Made by a program: the position numbers and the translations under genes. From contig OX597815.1 of NCBI GenBank assembly GCA_951406725.2, forward strand, positions 182,342,001 through 182,406,000: a DNA stretch of 64,000 bases, written 5' to 3'. The stretch comes from Octopus vulgaris. Taxonomy: Eukaryota. This document shows, piece after piece, positions 1-10,762 of the stretch. Under the pieces are notes generated by a model. The model was not told where the DNA came from, did no database searches, and worked only from the letters and a program-made list of their open reading frames with translations. The first letter of the stretch is position 1, and each line of letters starts with the position of its first letter.

Positions 1-133
1 TCCATCATATTTTCACTTCCAACAGTAAAATATCTCTTATTTTGTCATATATTTGTAATCGTGATTACATAACCGAAAATAGAAAAATACGTTTAATCAA
101 CATCCTTACCTTAAATGACGCCTTCTGTGTCTG

Positions 134-175
<42 letters not shown>

Positions 176-330
176 GAATAATATATGTAATATCTCTATA
201 CATACTTATATATATATATATATATATACATATATATAATTTATATACACACACATATGTATATATGTGTGTGCATATAGATGATGAGTAAAGCACCGGC
301 AGAATTTCGATTACCTGTTGTTATCCGTAG

Positions 331-391
<61 letters not shown>

Positions 392-394
<3 letters not shown>

Positions 395-666
395 AATTAA
401 GGACTGGACACGAAAAAGTGGACAGTCAACATGCTAGATATAGATGTCAAATCGCCATTCTCCACAAAGATTATGTTCTCAAATAAAATAAAATTCAGCA
501 CGACCCAAAGCAATAGATAAGACAAAAGAAATATACGAAATGGAATAATCACCTGTGTACCGAACGGTTTCAGTTATTAATATCACAAGGATATCTGTAA
601 CTTCGTCAGCACAGTTTGTTATGAAAATAATTTGGTGTACTAGATGAAAAACGATACCGGAGTCTC

Positions 667-668
<2 letters not shown>
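392..668 (-). mobile_element. Short non-autonomous Penelope-pLTR-like element (family D) carrying a hammerhead ribozyme, embedded in (TA)n
   Basis: Bounded by (TA)n on both sides; homologous to 41108-41385 (shared start ccaattaaggactg.acacgaaaa.gtggacagtcaacatgctagatataga); contains the hammerhead at 553-614. Confidence 0.75.
553..614 (-). ncRNA. Type I hammerhead ribozyme, canonical core
   Basis: Minus strand reads CTGTG-CTGACGA-AGTTA(cagatatccttgtgatattaa)TAACT-GAAA-CCG TT CGG-TA-CACAG. Stems I, II and III all pair, the CUGANGA and GAAA boxes are intact, and the cleavage triplet is GUA. Confidence 0.85.
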
Positions 669-726
<58 letters not shown>

Positions 727-740
727 ATATGTATATATAT

Positions 741-951
741 GACCGCCATGTTGATTCGTTAGCTCCTGCACGCATTTATTTTCTCTCCTTGTTTCTCTCC
801 GTGTTTCTTTTCTGTGTATCTTTCTGTTGAAGAGCGTAGTCTCGAAACGTAAAAGACTTGTTTTATTTCTATTCCTGAGCGCCATACTAATACAATTGTT
901 TGTTTGTACTCCACCTGCATTCGTCTTTTGTTTATTTTCGTAAAGCTTCCT

Positions 952-954
<3 letters not shown>
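741..954 (+). mobile_element. Short Penelope-pLTR-like element (family F) with a minimal hammerhead motif, flanked by (TA)n
   Basis: Closely similar to 40052-40263; T-rich 3' end running into (TA)n. Confidence 0.7.
819..856 (+). ncRNA. Minimal type I hammerhead variant (core CUGUUGA)
   Basis: TCTTT-CTGTTGA-A-GAG(cgtagt)CTC-GAAA-CG-TA-AAAGA: stem I TCTTT/AAAGA, palindromic ACGT stem III as in Penelope minimal hammerheads, A6>U substitution. Confidence 0.65.
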
Positions 955-1027
<73 letters not shown>

Positions 1028-1057
1028 AAAAAAGGAGATGTCGAACACGAGTGGTGA

Positions 1058-1378
1058 TATATAAAAAAGGAAATGAAGAAAATGCTGACAAATAATTGAA
1101 GTAATTTAAGTAATTTAATTAGGTGAAAGTTCTTTTTACCGGTTGCGCATTTGTTATGCTTATCAAAATATAAAAGAGAGATTAGAGTCTGTCTCTTATA
1201 TGTGAAAAAAAGAGGCTCCAGAGTTGTTTTGGATTTGCTTGGTTTCGCGCCTAAAATTTTGATTGGTCATTATGAAGGGGTCACGTGAATGTTGGTGTTG
1301 GGGTAAGAAAAAAGGCTCCAGAGAAGTTAAAATTTGGCTAGTGTCCCGCCTAAAATTTCTTATTGGCCATAATAAAGA
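1058..1378 (-). repeat. Inverted pLTR copy (left arm)
   Basis: Reverse complement of 2440-2772. Confidence 0.9.
1131..1177 (-). ncRNA. Hammerhead-like motif in the inverted pLTR
   Basis: Exact reverse complement of 2653-2699. Confidence 0.6.
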
Positions 1379-1943
1379 CACCATCCTCCAGAACATTCCT
1401 GTATTACAACAGGACCATAGAATGAACCAAATCCTCCTAACACACGAAATCATAAAGAGCAAAAGGCAACCCAAATCATTGAAAACCATCCTAACAAATG
1501 CCAAAGTACTGCCAACCACAACAACTAAACCCACAGTAAACAAATGCAATAGACCCAACTGTGGTATATGCATCAACCTAATAGAAGGTCCGGAATTCCT
1601 TTTTAAACAAGGACAACGTTTCACAGTAAAACACAACTTCACATGCGCATCAGAAAACCTAGTATATGTCTTAACTTGCTCGGGCTGTAATGAACACTAC
1701 ATAGGCCAAACAAAAAATAGCCTCCGCCAACGCATGACTGTCCACAGATCCCAAATAAAAATACAGGAATATAGAAAAATAGCATTTAGTGCACATATTG
1801 ATACCTGTGCCGCACAACTCCATCCCAATTTTAGAATATTTCCCCTCTACAAATTTAAAGACAATGCCACTCATACCCAGCGAATAACTATGGAATCCCA
1901 CCTTATTAATAAATACAGACCACTTCTAAACACATGCCCCTAA
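1263..1943 (+). CDS. GIY-YIG endonuclease (C-terminal domain of a Penelope-like element ORF)
   Basis: RQPKSLK linker, CNRPNCGIC Cys cluster, NLVYVLTCSGCNEHYIGQTKNSLRQRMTVH (GIY-YIG with CxxC and catalytic Arg), ESHLI (Glu), LLN. The first ~39 codons derive from the inverted pLTR; no RT domain. Confidence 0.9.
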   Translation: MVIMKGSRECWCWGKKKGSREVKIWLVSRLKFLIGHNKDTILQNIPVLQQDHRMNQILLTHEIIKSKRQPKSLKTILTNAKVLPTTTTKPTVNKCNRPNCGICINLIEGPEFLFKQGQRFTVKHNFTCASENLVYVLTCSGCNEHYIGQTKNSLRQRMTVHRSQIKIQEYRKIAFSAHIDTCAAQLHPNFRIFPLYKFKDNATHTQRITMESHLINKYRPLLNTCP

Positions 1944-2423
1944 CACGAACCCACAACAAACACACTTACACCTGCACACACCCTACACACACCTTTACCC
2001 AGATATTAACACCATGACACACACAAATATATGGTTCCACACATACACATAATTGAATACGGGTGCAAAACATCCAACACTATTTTTGGAAATGGCTGTA
2101 AATATTGACTTCACACAAATACGTTGCTTCCCGATACAGGCACAAGGCCAGCAGAACTATAAATATTGAAAATTGTACCCACACACACACACATATATAC
2201 ACGCGCGCGCGCCCCAACATACATATAAACACACACGCGCGCGCGCGCGCACACACACATACATACATACAGCTCTCCCTGTTCTAAACGAACTTACTTA
2301 TCCAGTCAAGCGGAAAATACACTCCCTTACTACGCGCTAAAAAGCTATTTAAAATATCCACATGACGTCTACTGACCAGCCTGAACAATAAGAATTTCCA
2401 ACAACACTATTTTCGAAAATTCT

Positions 2424-2625
2424 AAACATTCACGTGACCTCTTTATTATGGCCAATAAGAAATTTTAGGCGGGACACTAGCCAAATTTTAACTTCTCTGG
2501 AGCCTTTTTTCTTACCCCAACACCAACTTCCATTCAAACATTCACGTGACCCCTTCATAATGACCAATCAAAATTTTAGGCGCGAAACCAAGCAAATCCA
2601 AAACAACTCTGGAGCCTCTTTTTTT
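2424..2625 (+). promoter_or_regulatory. Duplicated E-box/CCAAT/E2F-like motif cassette in the pLTR
   Basis: Two tandem units, each CACGTGAC ... CCAAT ... TTTTAGGCGGGA or TTTTAGGCGCGAAA. Confidence 0.4.
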
Positions 2626-2766
2626 CACATATAAGAGACAGACTCTAATCTCTCTTTTATATTTTGATAAGCATAACAAATGCGCAACCGGTAAAAAGAA
2701 CTTTCACCTAATTAAATTACTTAAATTACTTCAATTATTTGTCAGCATTTTCTTCATTTCCTTTTT

Positions 2767-2772
<6 letters not shown>
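2440..2772 (+). repeat. 3' pLTR (right arm)
   Basis: Matches 1058-1378 in inverted orientation; contains two ~110-bp internal tandem units. Confidence 0.9.
2653..2699 (+). ncRNA. Hammerhead-like motif in the pLTR (variant core UUGAUAA...GCAA)
   Basis: TTGATAA-GCAT(aacaa)ATGC-GCAA-CCGG-TA-AAAAGA; U3-A8 replaces the C3-G8 pair; palindromic ACCGGT stem III; mirrored at 1131-1177 on the minus strand. Confidence 0.6.
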
Positions 2773-2809
<37 letters not shown>

Positions 2810-2817
2810 ATAACTAT

Positions 2818-2854
<37 letters not shown>

Positions 2855-3639
2855 CAAATATATATACATATATGTATGTATATATCTTTATATATATATG
2901 TATGCATATATGAGTGTGTGCATGAAGGAGTGAGTAAAATATTGTCTAAAGCTTTCCCATGTTCTTCTCCATCATTAAGCATTAGTGTACATGTACTTAG
3001 CTCTACTTCTATCACTATTGTCACAAACGTACGGGCGTATATGTTTCGCTGATGGAGTCAGATATCAAAGAAAAACTTTCTGAATTACTCATCTTATTTG
3101 ACGAAATAATTACTCAATGTGTTTAATACCTTTTCTCTTCACCTAATTATTTCTACTACGATTTTGCATCATCCTTTATTAAATATGCTGGCACTAAGGA
3201 TTTTCATGTATGTTCCATTTGTTTGTAGCATATAATGAGAAACGCAGATTAATATAAACACAATTTCCACCGTAACCTTAAATAGAAGTCTAGAAAACAG
3301 GTTTACTGCAATTATACATACACATAAATAAACAATAATCAAAGTGAGCTTTGACCTGTCACACTTAGCTGCAACACCACAGTGTATTAGCTTCAGCAAA
3401 AAAGGTTGAGTGTATAGAGCAATTTCGTTATAGCTGCCACAAAAGGTGTATTTTCCATCACAGAAAAGTATTAAAACAACTGTCATTTGGAGGAGGCAAA
3501 GATTGTTGGATGTTAGCGAGAGAGGTTTTCGGAGGTTGGCGACAAAGTACTGTGATTCGTCGTGGAATTTTAAAGGTGAACTTTATGAAAGCTAATTTAT
3601 TACGGGTAATATATAAATGTAGCATATATGTATATAAAT

Positions 3640-4925
3640 ATATGAATGAAGTGTTTAATGTTTAAGACTGAAATGAAGAAAGTGCAATAATAATGTTCAC
3701 ACTCACTCATGGTCGCTCTCAGTAACTGCTTTAGCTTATGGAGTTCTTGTTTTTATAACTATTGAAAAGCAACCAGAAGGATAGACATATTGTTGAGAAC
3801 AAATGGTTCCGTTGCAGGTTTGTTATCTCTATTCCAGCCAGTGGTGGCCTAGAAGTTAGAAGGGTCAGATGGCAAAGACATAATCATGCTTAGCGAAAGA
3901 ATCTGGGAAATGTATAACTGCTGTCATTCACAGGAAAACTATAGATTTAACGAGAGAAAAGTGCTGTTGAAGTGTTAAGTGAAATTTGCCAATCGAGGAT
4001 CGAATCCACGCTGTACCTGCATGAAGCCACTACAAATACGTTGTAGAATGAAAAATTAACCTACTGCCATGGAAAAAGTGTAACTGTAAAAATTTATATA
4101 TGTATAGAAATGTATGAATGTAGTCTTTAAGGTTTAAGATTCAAATCAAGGAAGTGCTATAATAATGTTTAGCAGTTCAAAACTGAGTAGTGAAATGCAG
4201 AATTTAGTCGTCTGATCTAGAGAATCAAATTTTGATCGCTTCGCTAAAAACTGCAGGTGGTATGCGTTATTTCCTTATTTCCTTTGGGTTGTTTAAATGA
4301 AATATTAGTAATATGTAGTAGGTAGAAGGATCCATTGGAGGGGCCCTATTATTGATTTTTTTCAACAATCTAAATATGTTACGAGGTTTCCAGACTTGAG
4401 TTCTACTCACGTGTCAAATAAAGTTTAAAAGTGATATTGTCTGCAAAAATTAGAAATTGGACACACAAAAAATCAATATTGAAAGTAATGGAGCATGAAC
4501 AATGAAACCTATAAAATATTTCTAAATTCGATGGCTCATTTAGCTTCATGAAAATGTTGAATGAACTGTAAATAAGCAATAAATATTATGATTTGTAAAA
4601 TAAGTATAAATGATACACAGTGTCCGAACTGAACTTGGTGTGGAAGTTTAGTTTCATTTTTAAAGAATTTTAAGCATTTAAAGTATGAGTTGATTGTATT
4701 GGGTCACACTTATTAAATACGTTCTGGAATCAAATAATTATGTACTGTCTTTGGAAACGTTAATCTGGAAAAATGCAGAATTATCTGAGTTATGGGCATT
4801 GAAAGTGTACATGTATTAAGAAAGTGCAATAATAAGGTTTACCAGTTAAAAACTGTAAGTAGGGAAATGTAGAATTAAGTCCGCTGATCATGAGAATCAA
4901 ATATTGAGTGCTTCGCTAAAAACTA
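3640..4925 (+). repeat. Diverged local direct repeats
   Basis: aagtgc(a/t)ataataa(t/g)gtt block at ~3680, ~4150 and ~4820; the last two extend ~105 bp to cttcgctaaaaact. Confidence 0.55.
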
Positions 4926-4933
4926 ACAATTGT

Positions 4934-5034
4934 AAGTGAATGAGTGAGTGAATGAGTGATTGAGTGAGTGAGTGAGTGAGTGAGTGAGTGAGTGAGTGAG
5001 TGAGTGAGTGAGTGAGTGAGTGAGTGAGTGAGTA
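4934..5034 (+). repeat. (TGAG)n microsatellite
   Basis: Direct reading. Confidence 0.95.
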
Positions 5035-5109
5035 AGAGCAGTTCATGTTTTGATTAATATTCCATTGTTGCTAAAACTTTACATCCAGAGATTATGTGGT
5101 CCGCTGTTT

Positions 5110-5340
5110 TAATCTCATCGTTGCAGAATCGGTACTTTGGATTTACTCCACGTTTCGTCACAACTTTCCAGAACATAGAGTGAGAACCATCAAAGCTAAT
5201 AAACTGGTTATTATTGTGAAAGACCCAAACAATAAATTCTGCTTAATGACTGACATGAGTATTTCTTGTGATCATAATATCTCGATAAAAAAATTTGACA
5301 GCCTCAGAAAATATAAAGATTTGCTAAATGAAATCGAAGA
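5110..5340 (+). pseudogene. R4/Dong-type LINE restriction-like endonuclease fragment
   Basis: TIKANKLVIIVKD...CLMTDMSISCDHNISIKKFDSLRKYKDL aligns by eye with the IKANRPDIVVRD...KYKDL region of the element at 11.8-15.3 kb. Confidence 0.7.
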
Positions 5341-5399
5341 AGCCCAGTCGGCGGATTCCTTAGCACACTAGACGAAAGTCCTCAGCACACCAGACAAAA

Positions 5400-6215
5400 G
5401 TCCTTAGCAGCATTTAGGCCTCCTCTTCACGTTTTGGATTCTATGAAATAGGTACCAGTCAAGTACAAGGGACGATGATATAGACTTACCACGTCCATAA
5501 AATTGCTAGCATTGTGACAAAATTTGAAACCATTTGTTATTGATAACATCATCATAATGAAAGTGGCAAGCTGACAAACCGTTAGCACACCGGACGAAAT
5601 GCTTTGCCGAATTCCGTCGGTCCTTACGTTACGAGTTCAAACTCCACCGAGATCGATTTTGTTTTTTTCTCACTTGTGGGTCGATAAAATAAGTCCTAGT
5701 TGACTACAAGGTCGATGTAATTGATTAGTCCCCACCCCGCGAAATTGTTGGCCTTGTGCCATAATTTGAAACCATTATTAATAATCAATAATGGCGACGA
5801 GCTGGCAGAATTGTTAGCATCCAGAGCAATACGCTTAGAGACATTTCCTCTGTCTTTACGTTCTGAGTTCAAATTCTGCTGAAGCCGACTGTACATTTTG
5901 TGCTTTCGTGGTCGACAAAAGACGTATCAGTTGAACACAGGGGTCTAAATAATCACCCAGCCACCTCCCCCAAATTTTCAGGCCGTTTGCTTATATTAGA
6001 AAGAATTATTATCACCAATGCAGAGAGCTTACAGAATTTTTACACACTGGTTCTACGGTCTGAGTTCAAATTTCACCGAGGCCGACTATCCATTTTTTCC
6101 TTTCCTGTCAATAAAACAAGTTCCAATACAATACTGGAATCTATGTAATCGACAAGCAGACATACCCCGCACTCCTCATAATTTCAGGATTTTTGCGTAT
6201 AGTAGAAAGAATTCT
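5400..6215 (+). mobile_element. Tandem cluster of degenerate tRNA-derived SINEs (family B, Meta-domain-like core)
   Basis: Repeated ggcgagctggcagaa..gttagca...gagttcaaattc...gtcgataaaataagt...gtcgatgtaatcga motifs at ~5400, 5562, 5792, 6020. Confidence 0.75.
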
Positions 6216-7401
6216 TGATGCTATCTACATTTAATATACCTTCATTTTAAAAGACTTCAGATTGTGATTTGATACAAATGCTTTGTTTACTTCTAGTCGG
6301 AAATGTCGTCTCTTAAAGCTTCTTTTTTAAGTGAGATGTGTAAACTATACTACATAAATGGAATTTATATGTTACTTTGGAGAATACTAGAATACTAGAT
6401 TGTTATCGTTAAGTTATTAGGCGCTGTTTTTATTGATCGTGTTATAAATTCCTGGAATAATTACTTGACAGAGTTAAAGAACCTACATTAATGAAAGTAC
6501 TTAAAATGGAAACGATAAATTATTTTATTACAAAAGTATAAATAAATCAAATGTCTATTTTATTCTAAAAACTGATACGTGTCACTTGTTGCGATCAATA
6601 ATCTTAATTAGCTCACTGATTGAATATTTGCTTCACTAATGAGAAGTGTATTACTCTATATTAACATTCGATTTGTTTGATACATCACAGGAATTTGAGC
6701 AGAAGAATGTGTCTACGCTTTTACGTTACAAGATGTATGTAAAGTCATATTTCAAATACTTCATTTGATTTATGGTGACATTTGCTATCGTTTATTAAGA
6801 TTTAATGCAAAATCAATTAGATAAATAATTATCATTTAACCATCCAAAAATGTTTTAGTTAAACAATATTAACAATTTGAATTCTTTTACGTGTTGAACA
6901 ACTTTGTTCACTTAAAACAATTTACAAATATTCTATAGAAAGTTTTCGAAAAGTTGTGAAGATTAGAAGATGAATAAAACCAATCATTGAAACATTTAAT
7001 AGCATTAACGGCAAACATTTTCGAAAATGCAAGAAAACTATTTCTTATAAGTTATCTTGCTGCTGCAGATCTATTTGATTGTCTGAGATGTTTCACCAAA
7101 TAGTTGGTAGTTTTCAGCGATAAAAATGGTAAAATATAGCGAGTGGTGTCTGTGACGAGACATTTAAAACAACAGCGGAAGTTTACGAAACACCAGTATG
7201 TGTTTTTATTCTTTTGATACCCATAAGAGTAAAGACGGACAACTGAAAAAAAATTAGATGGAAGATAAAAAAGGAATTTGAAATACTTTTGAAACTCTCA
7301 AACTGAAAGAATATTAAAATAGGAATCTGATTTTAATAAAGAAAGGTTCTGTTCTAAGAGAATAGACAAATTTACATATCATACACGAACACATGTATAC
7401 A

Positions 7402-7434
<33 letters not shown>

Positions 7435-7675
7435 CATATCAGTATATGCTATCTGTATCCGTTACCTGTATTATACCCTGGCAATGGTTTGATTTCATTG
7501 TTATGCTTTGTATTAAAAAATAAGCTATAAATGTGGTCCAATCGATGTGTTCGTTTATCTGTGGTTTTCTCCATATTCTAAAAATCTACTACACACACAC
7601 TCGTACGCACAGATGCACACACACAAACACACACACATATACACACATACATGCATATATACATACACACATACA

Positions 7676-7713
<38 letters not shown>

Positions 7714-8530
7714 AGCAAAACGCTCCCCGTCCAACAACATCTATCTCACTATCCCTAAGTAAATCATAACTTACATTGCTTTTTATTGGACGGGGAGCGT
7801 TTTGCTGAGTTGTCAGACATTTAAACCAAATTTTCTCAAAACAACCTATCCGACCGTCCCATAGGCCTCCCCGCTGAGATTTAACTTAAATTTGAGACAC
7901 CAGCAAAAGAAGAAATAAGTGTCTTCTCGCCGTAAAAACGCCAATACCTTTGAAACAATAACACAATTATAATTAAAAATGCAAAAGTATCGCATTTTCA
8001 TTAAAAAAAAAACTGGTCAATTGTAGGTTGTGTAAGTTTAGAAAATGCTAATATTGCACGATTAAGAAGCAGGCAAATAGTCATTTGTTTCTAAAATTGA
8101 AGTATTTTAACTACATTCACCTTGAAATAAAGCTCAAACAATCTTCATTGAATACGAGCGTGGTCATTGTCAGTGCCGCCGGACTGCCCCACCCCGTGCA
8201 GGTGACGCGTAAAACACAGCTTTTGAGCGTGGTCGTTGCCACTACCGGCTGACTGGCCCTCGTGTGCAGATTTGCATGTTTTGTTTTACGTATGTATTCT
8301 CATGCATATAGTTGCATATCTAGAATGCTCATAAATATTTAAATGATAAACTTCTGGTACGTATAACAGATTTTTACAGTTCCAGTGAAGTATGTATGTA
8401 TGTATGTATGTATGTATATATGTTTGTATGTATACATGTGTTTGTGCATGTATGTATGCTTACAGTTATAAATCTAATATAAGGACATCTCAATAAATAA
8501 CCGAACTCAAGTCTGTTTACGTATATATAT

Positions 8531-8815
8531 GTGGTTAGGGCAGCGGACTCACGGTCGTGAGATCGCGGTTTCGATTCCCAGACAGGGCGTTGTGAGTGTT
8601 TATTGAGCGAAAACACCTAAAGCTCCACGAGGCTCCGGCAGGGGGTGGTGGCGGTCCCTGCTGTACTCTTTCGCCACAACTTTCTCTCACTCTTTCTTCT
8701 ATTGGCCTGCTCGCTTAGCCAGCGGGGTGGCGTCATTCGAAGGCTAAAGCAATGCGAACGCATTGTGACCAGCGATGTGTAACAACATCTGATGGTCTGG
8801 TCGGTCATGTGATCA
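8531..8815 (+). mobile_element. tRNA-derived SINE (family G), flanked by TA repeats
   Basis: A-box-like GTGGTTAG and B-box-like GTTTCGATTCC head; 3' part repeated at 53087-53197. Confidence 0.7.
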
Positions 8816-8857
8816 TGGGATATATATATATATATATATATATATAACCCACGACAC

Positions 8858-8970
<113 letters not shown>

Positions 8971-9130
8971 TGATTGTGGTTTTTTCTACCAACATCTATC
9001 TCACTATCCCTAAGTAAATCATAACTTTCATTGCTTCTTATGTGAATGACTCTTAGATTCAATGAAATAGAGACTGTCTGAGAAATGTGTGGAATTAACG
9101 AGAATATATTCTAATATGAGACCAACCGTA

Positions 9131-9342
9131 GGGGGCGAGCTGGCAGAGGTGTTGCCGCACCGGGAGAAATGTTTAGTCGCATTTCTTCCAACTTTACGTC
9201 CTGGGTTTAAATGCTTCCGGGATCGACTTTGCCTTTCATCCTTTCGGATTCGATAAAATAAGTACCAGTTGAAAACTGTATGTCAATCTAATCGATCTAC
9301 CCTATCCCTCGAAATCAGTGGCCTTGTACCAAAATCTGAAAC
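9131..9342 (+). mobile_element. SINE family B copy
   Basis: ggcgagctggcaga...tcgactttgcctttcatcctttcgg.ttcgataaaataagtaccag. Confidence 0.8.
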
Positions 9343-10574
9343 TAAGTTAACCTATCTTTTCTATCTGTATGGAATAGATGAAAAAAAAAAAGAAATCTTA
9401 GAATTTTTTTTGTTAATATTTTAATAAAGTTCTTTTCTTTCTCGTTCATTTTGAATTCTTCAGTCATTCAAAGTCCTAATTGTTTTTCTCACCATCTCCT
9501 ACTCACTTGGATCTATGTTCTACCTTTAAGTGAAGATACAATTTTTGAGCCTTATGTTTTCCCGAATGATGTCATTCACTATATTTGCATTACTATATTG
9601 TGATGGGAACTTAACTTTAAAGAAAGGAAATATTCACGTAATGCAAAAATAATTTGTGCCCTGCAACGTCCATATTCATCTGTAATCCACAGCAAATCAA
9701 AATATTTTAAAATTTCATTATTTCATGACGTTCGACGATTTTATATAAACGTTTAAAAATTATTTCCCAATTTATTTATTTCAGTCTTATAAATATTCAA
9801 AAATATTTCAGTAATTTTTCATTTACCTGTCATATTTCACTATTTCATAACTTTCTACAGTTCTTACAGATATCTAAACACGTTTTACTACTGTTTTTGT
9901 CTTTATTTCAATATTATATTTTGTTTCCATGTTTTTGATAAATGCTTCAGCAAAACGTTGCAGATGCGCAGTTATTTTGATACAAGTTAAAGTTATTTTG
10001 TTATATCCATATTTATTTCATTTCTTCTTATTAATCTCTAATAGTTTATTTCTATAATATTTTACGTTGTCATCTTTCTTGCAAGCATCTATCAAACCTC
10101 GTAAAGAATAATGTTACGTGTGTTCCGTATGTGGAATAGCTTGGGATCGGCACCAGGATAGACAGGGCGTCTGTCAAGCTGGAATGAAAATATAACGATC
10201 AGTATTAAATAAAAATTGAAATGTTAAACCCATGTAACAATTTCAAGACAACAAAATCTACTGAATATCTTTCAATACTGAGTTAAAATATTTATGACTG
10301 ATATGTTACTTCTGAGAGGAAATTATTAATATCCATTATATAATAATTTTGGGCACTTGTGGCTGTATATATTTATCAAGTTGAGTAAAAAGAAGGCAAC
10401 GTTTTGAACCCTGAAGCATTTCTACCAGATTTTGCAGTTTTGCATGTTTTAAAAAACATTCTTCTACAATTGTCCGATAATACAGACATAGTCTTACCCA
10501 ATTACATCTATAGATTAACATTAATATCTTTTTTCACCGTTGTTACAATCATCTGGAATGGAACTGTGAAAGCG

Positions 10575-10762
10575 CGATGTTCGAGCAATTTTGCTATTCA
10601 ACTTCGTAAAACAGCAGAAACTGCTCGAGATATCAACGAAACCTTTGGTAGGGAAATGACCAGTGAGTGGTCAGTTCGAAAATAGATTAAACGATTTCGC
10701 AATGGAGACCTGAGCCTTGATGATTGTGAGCGTAGTGGACGCCCATCTGTCATCAATGACAG
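10575..10762 (+). pseudogene. Mariner transposase N-terminal (HTH) fragment
   Basis: AETARDINETFG...SEWSVRK*IKRFRNGDLSLDDCERSGRPSV matches the mariner F.RFR.GD.SL.D..RSGRP motif; in-frame stop. Confidence 0.75.

Larger units (their letters stand above)
1058..2772 (+). mobile_element. 5'-truncated Penelope-like retroelement (Neptune/Naiad-like) with inverted pLTRs
   Basis: GIY-YIG ORF flanked by about 320-bp inverted repeats (1058-1378 vs 2440-2772, differing by a 12-bp indel), each with a hammerhead-like motif; inserted in TA-repeat context. Confidence 0.88.

Noticed and set aside
1263-1943. Selenocysteine recoding as reported for some Naiad elements
   Set aside because: No in-frame TGA in the ORF; all Cys are TGC/TGT; no convincing SECIS seen
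3169-3486. 105-aa minus-strand ORF
   Set aside because: No recognisable motif or convincing splice context
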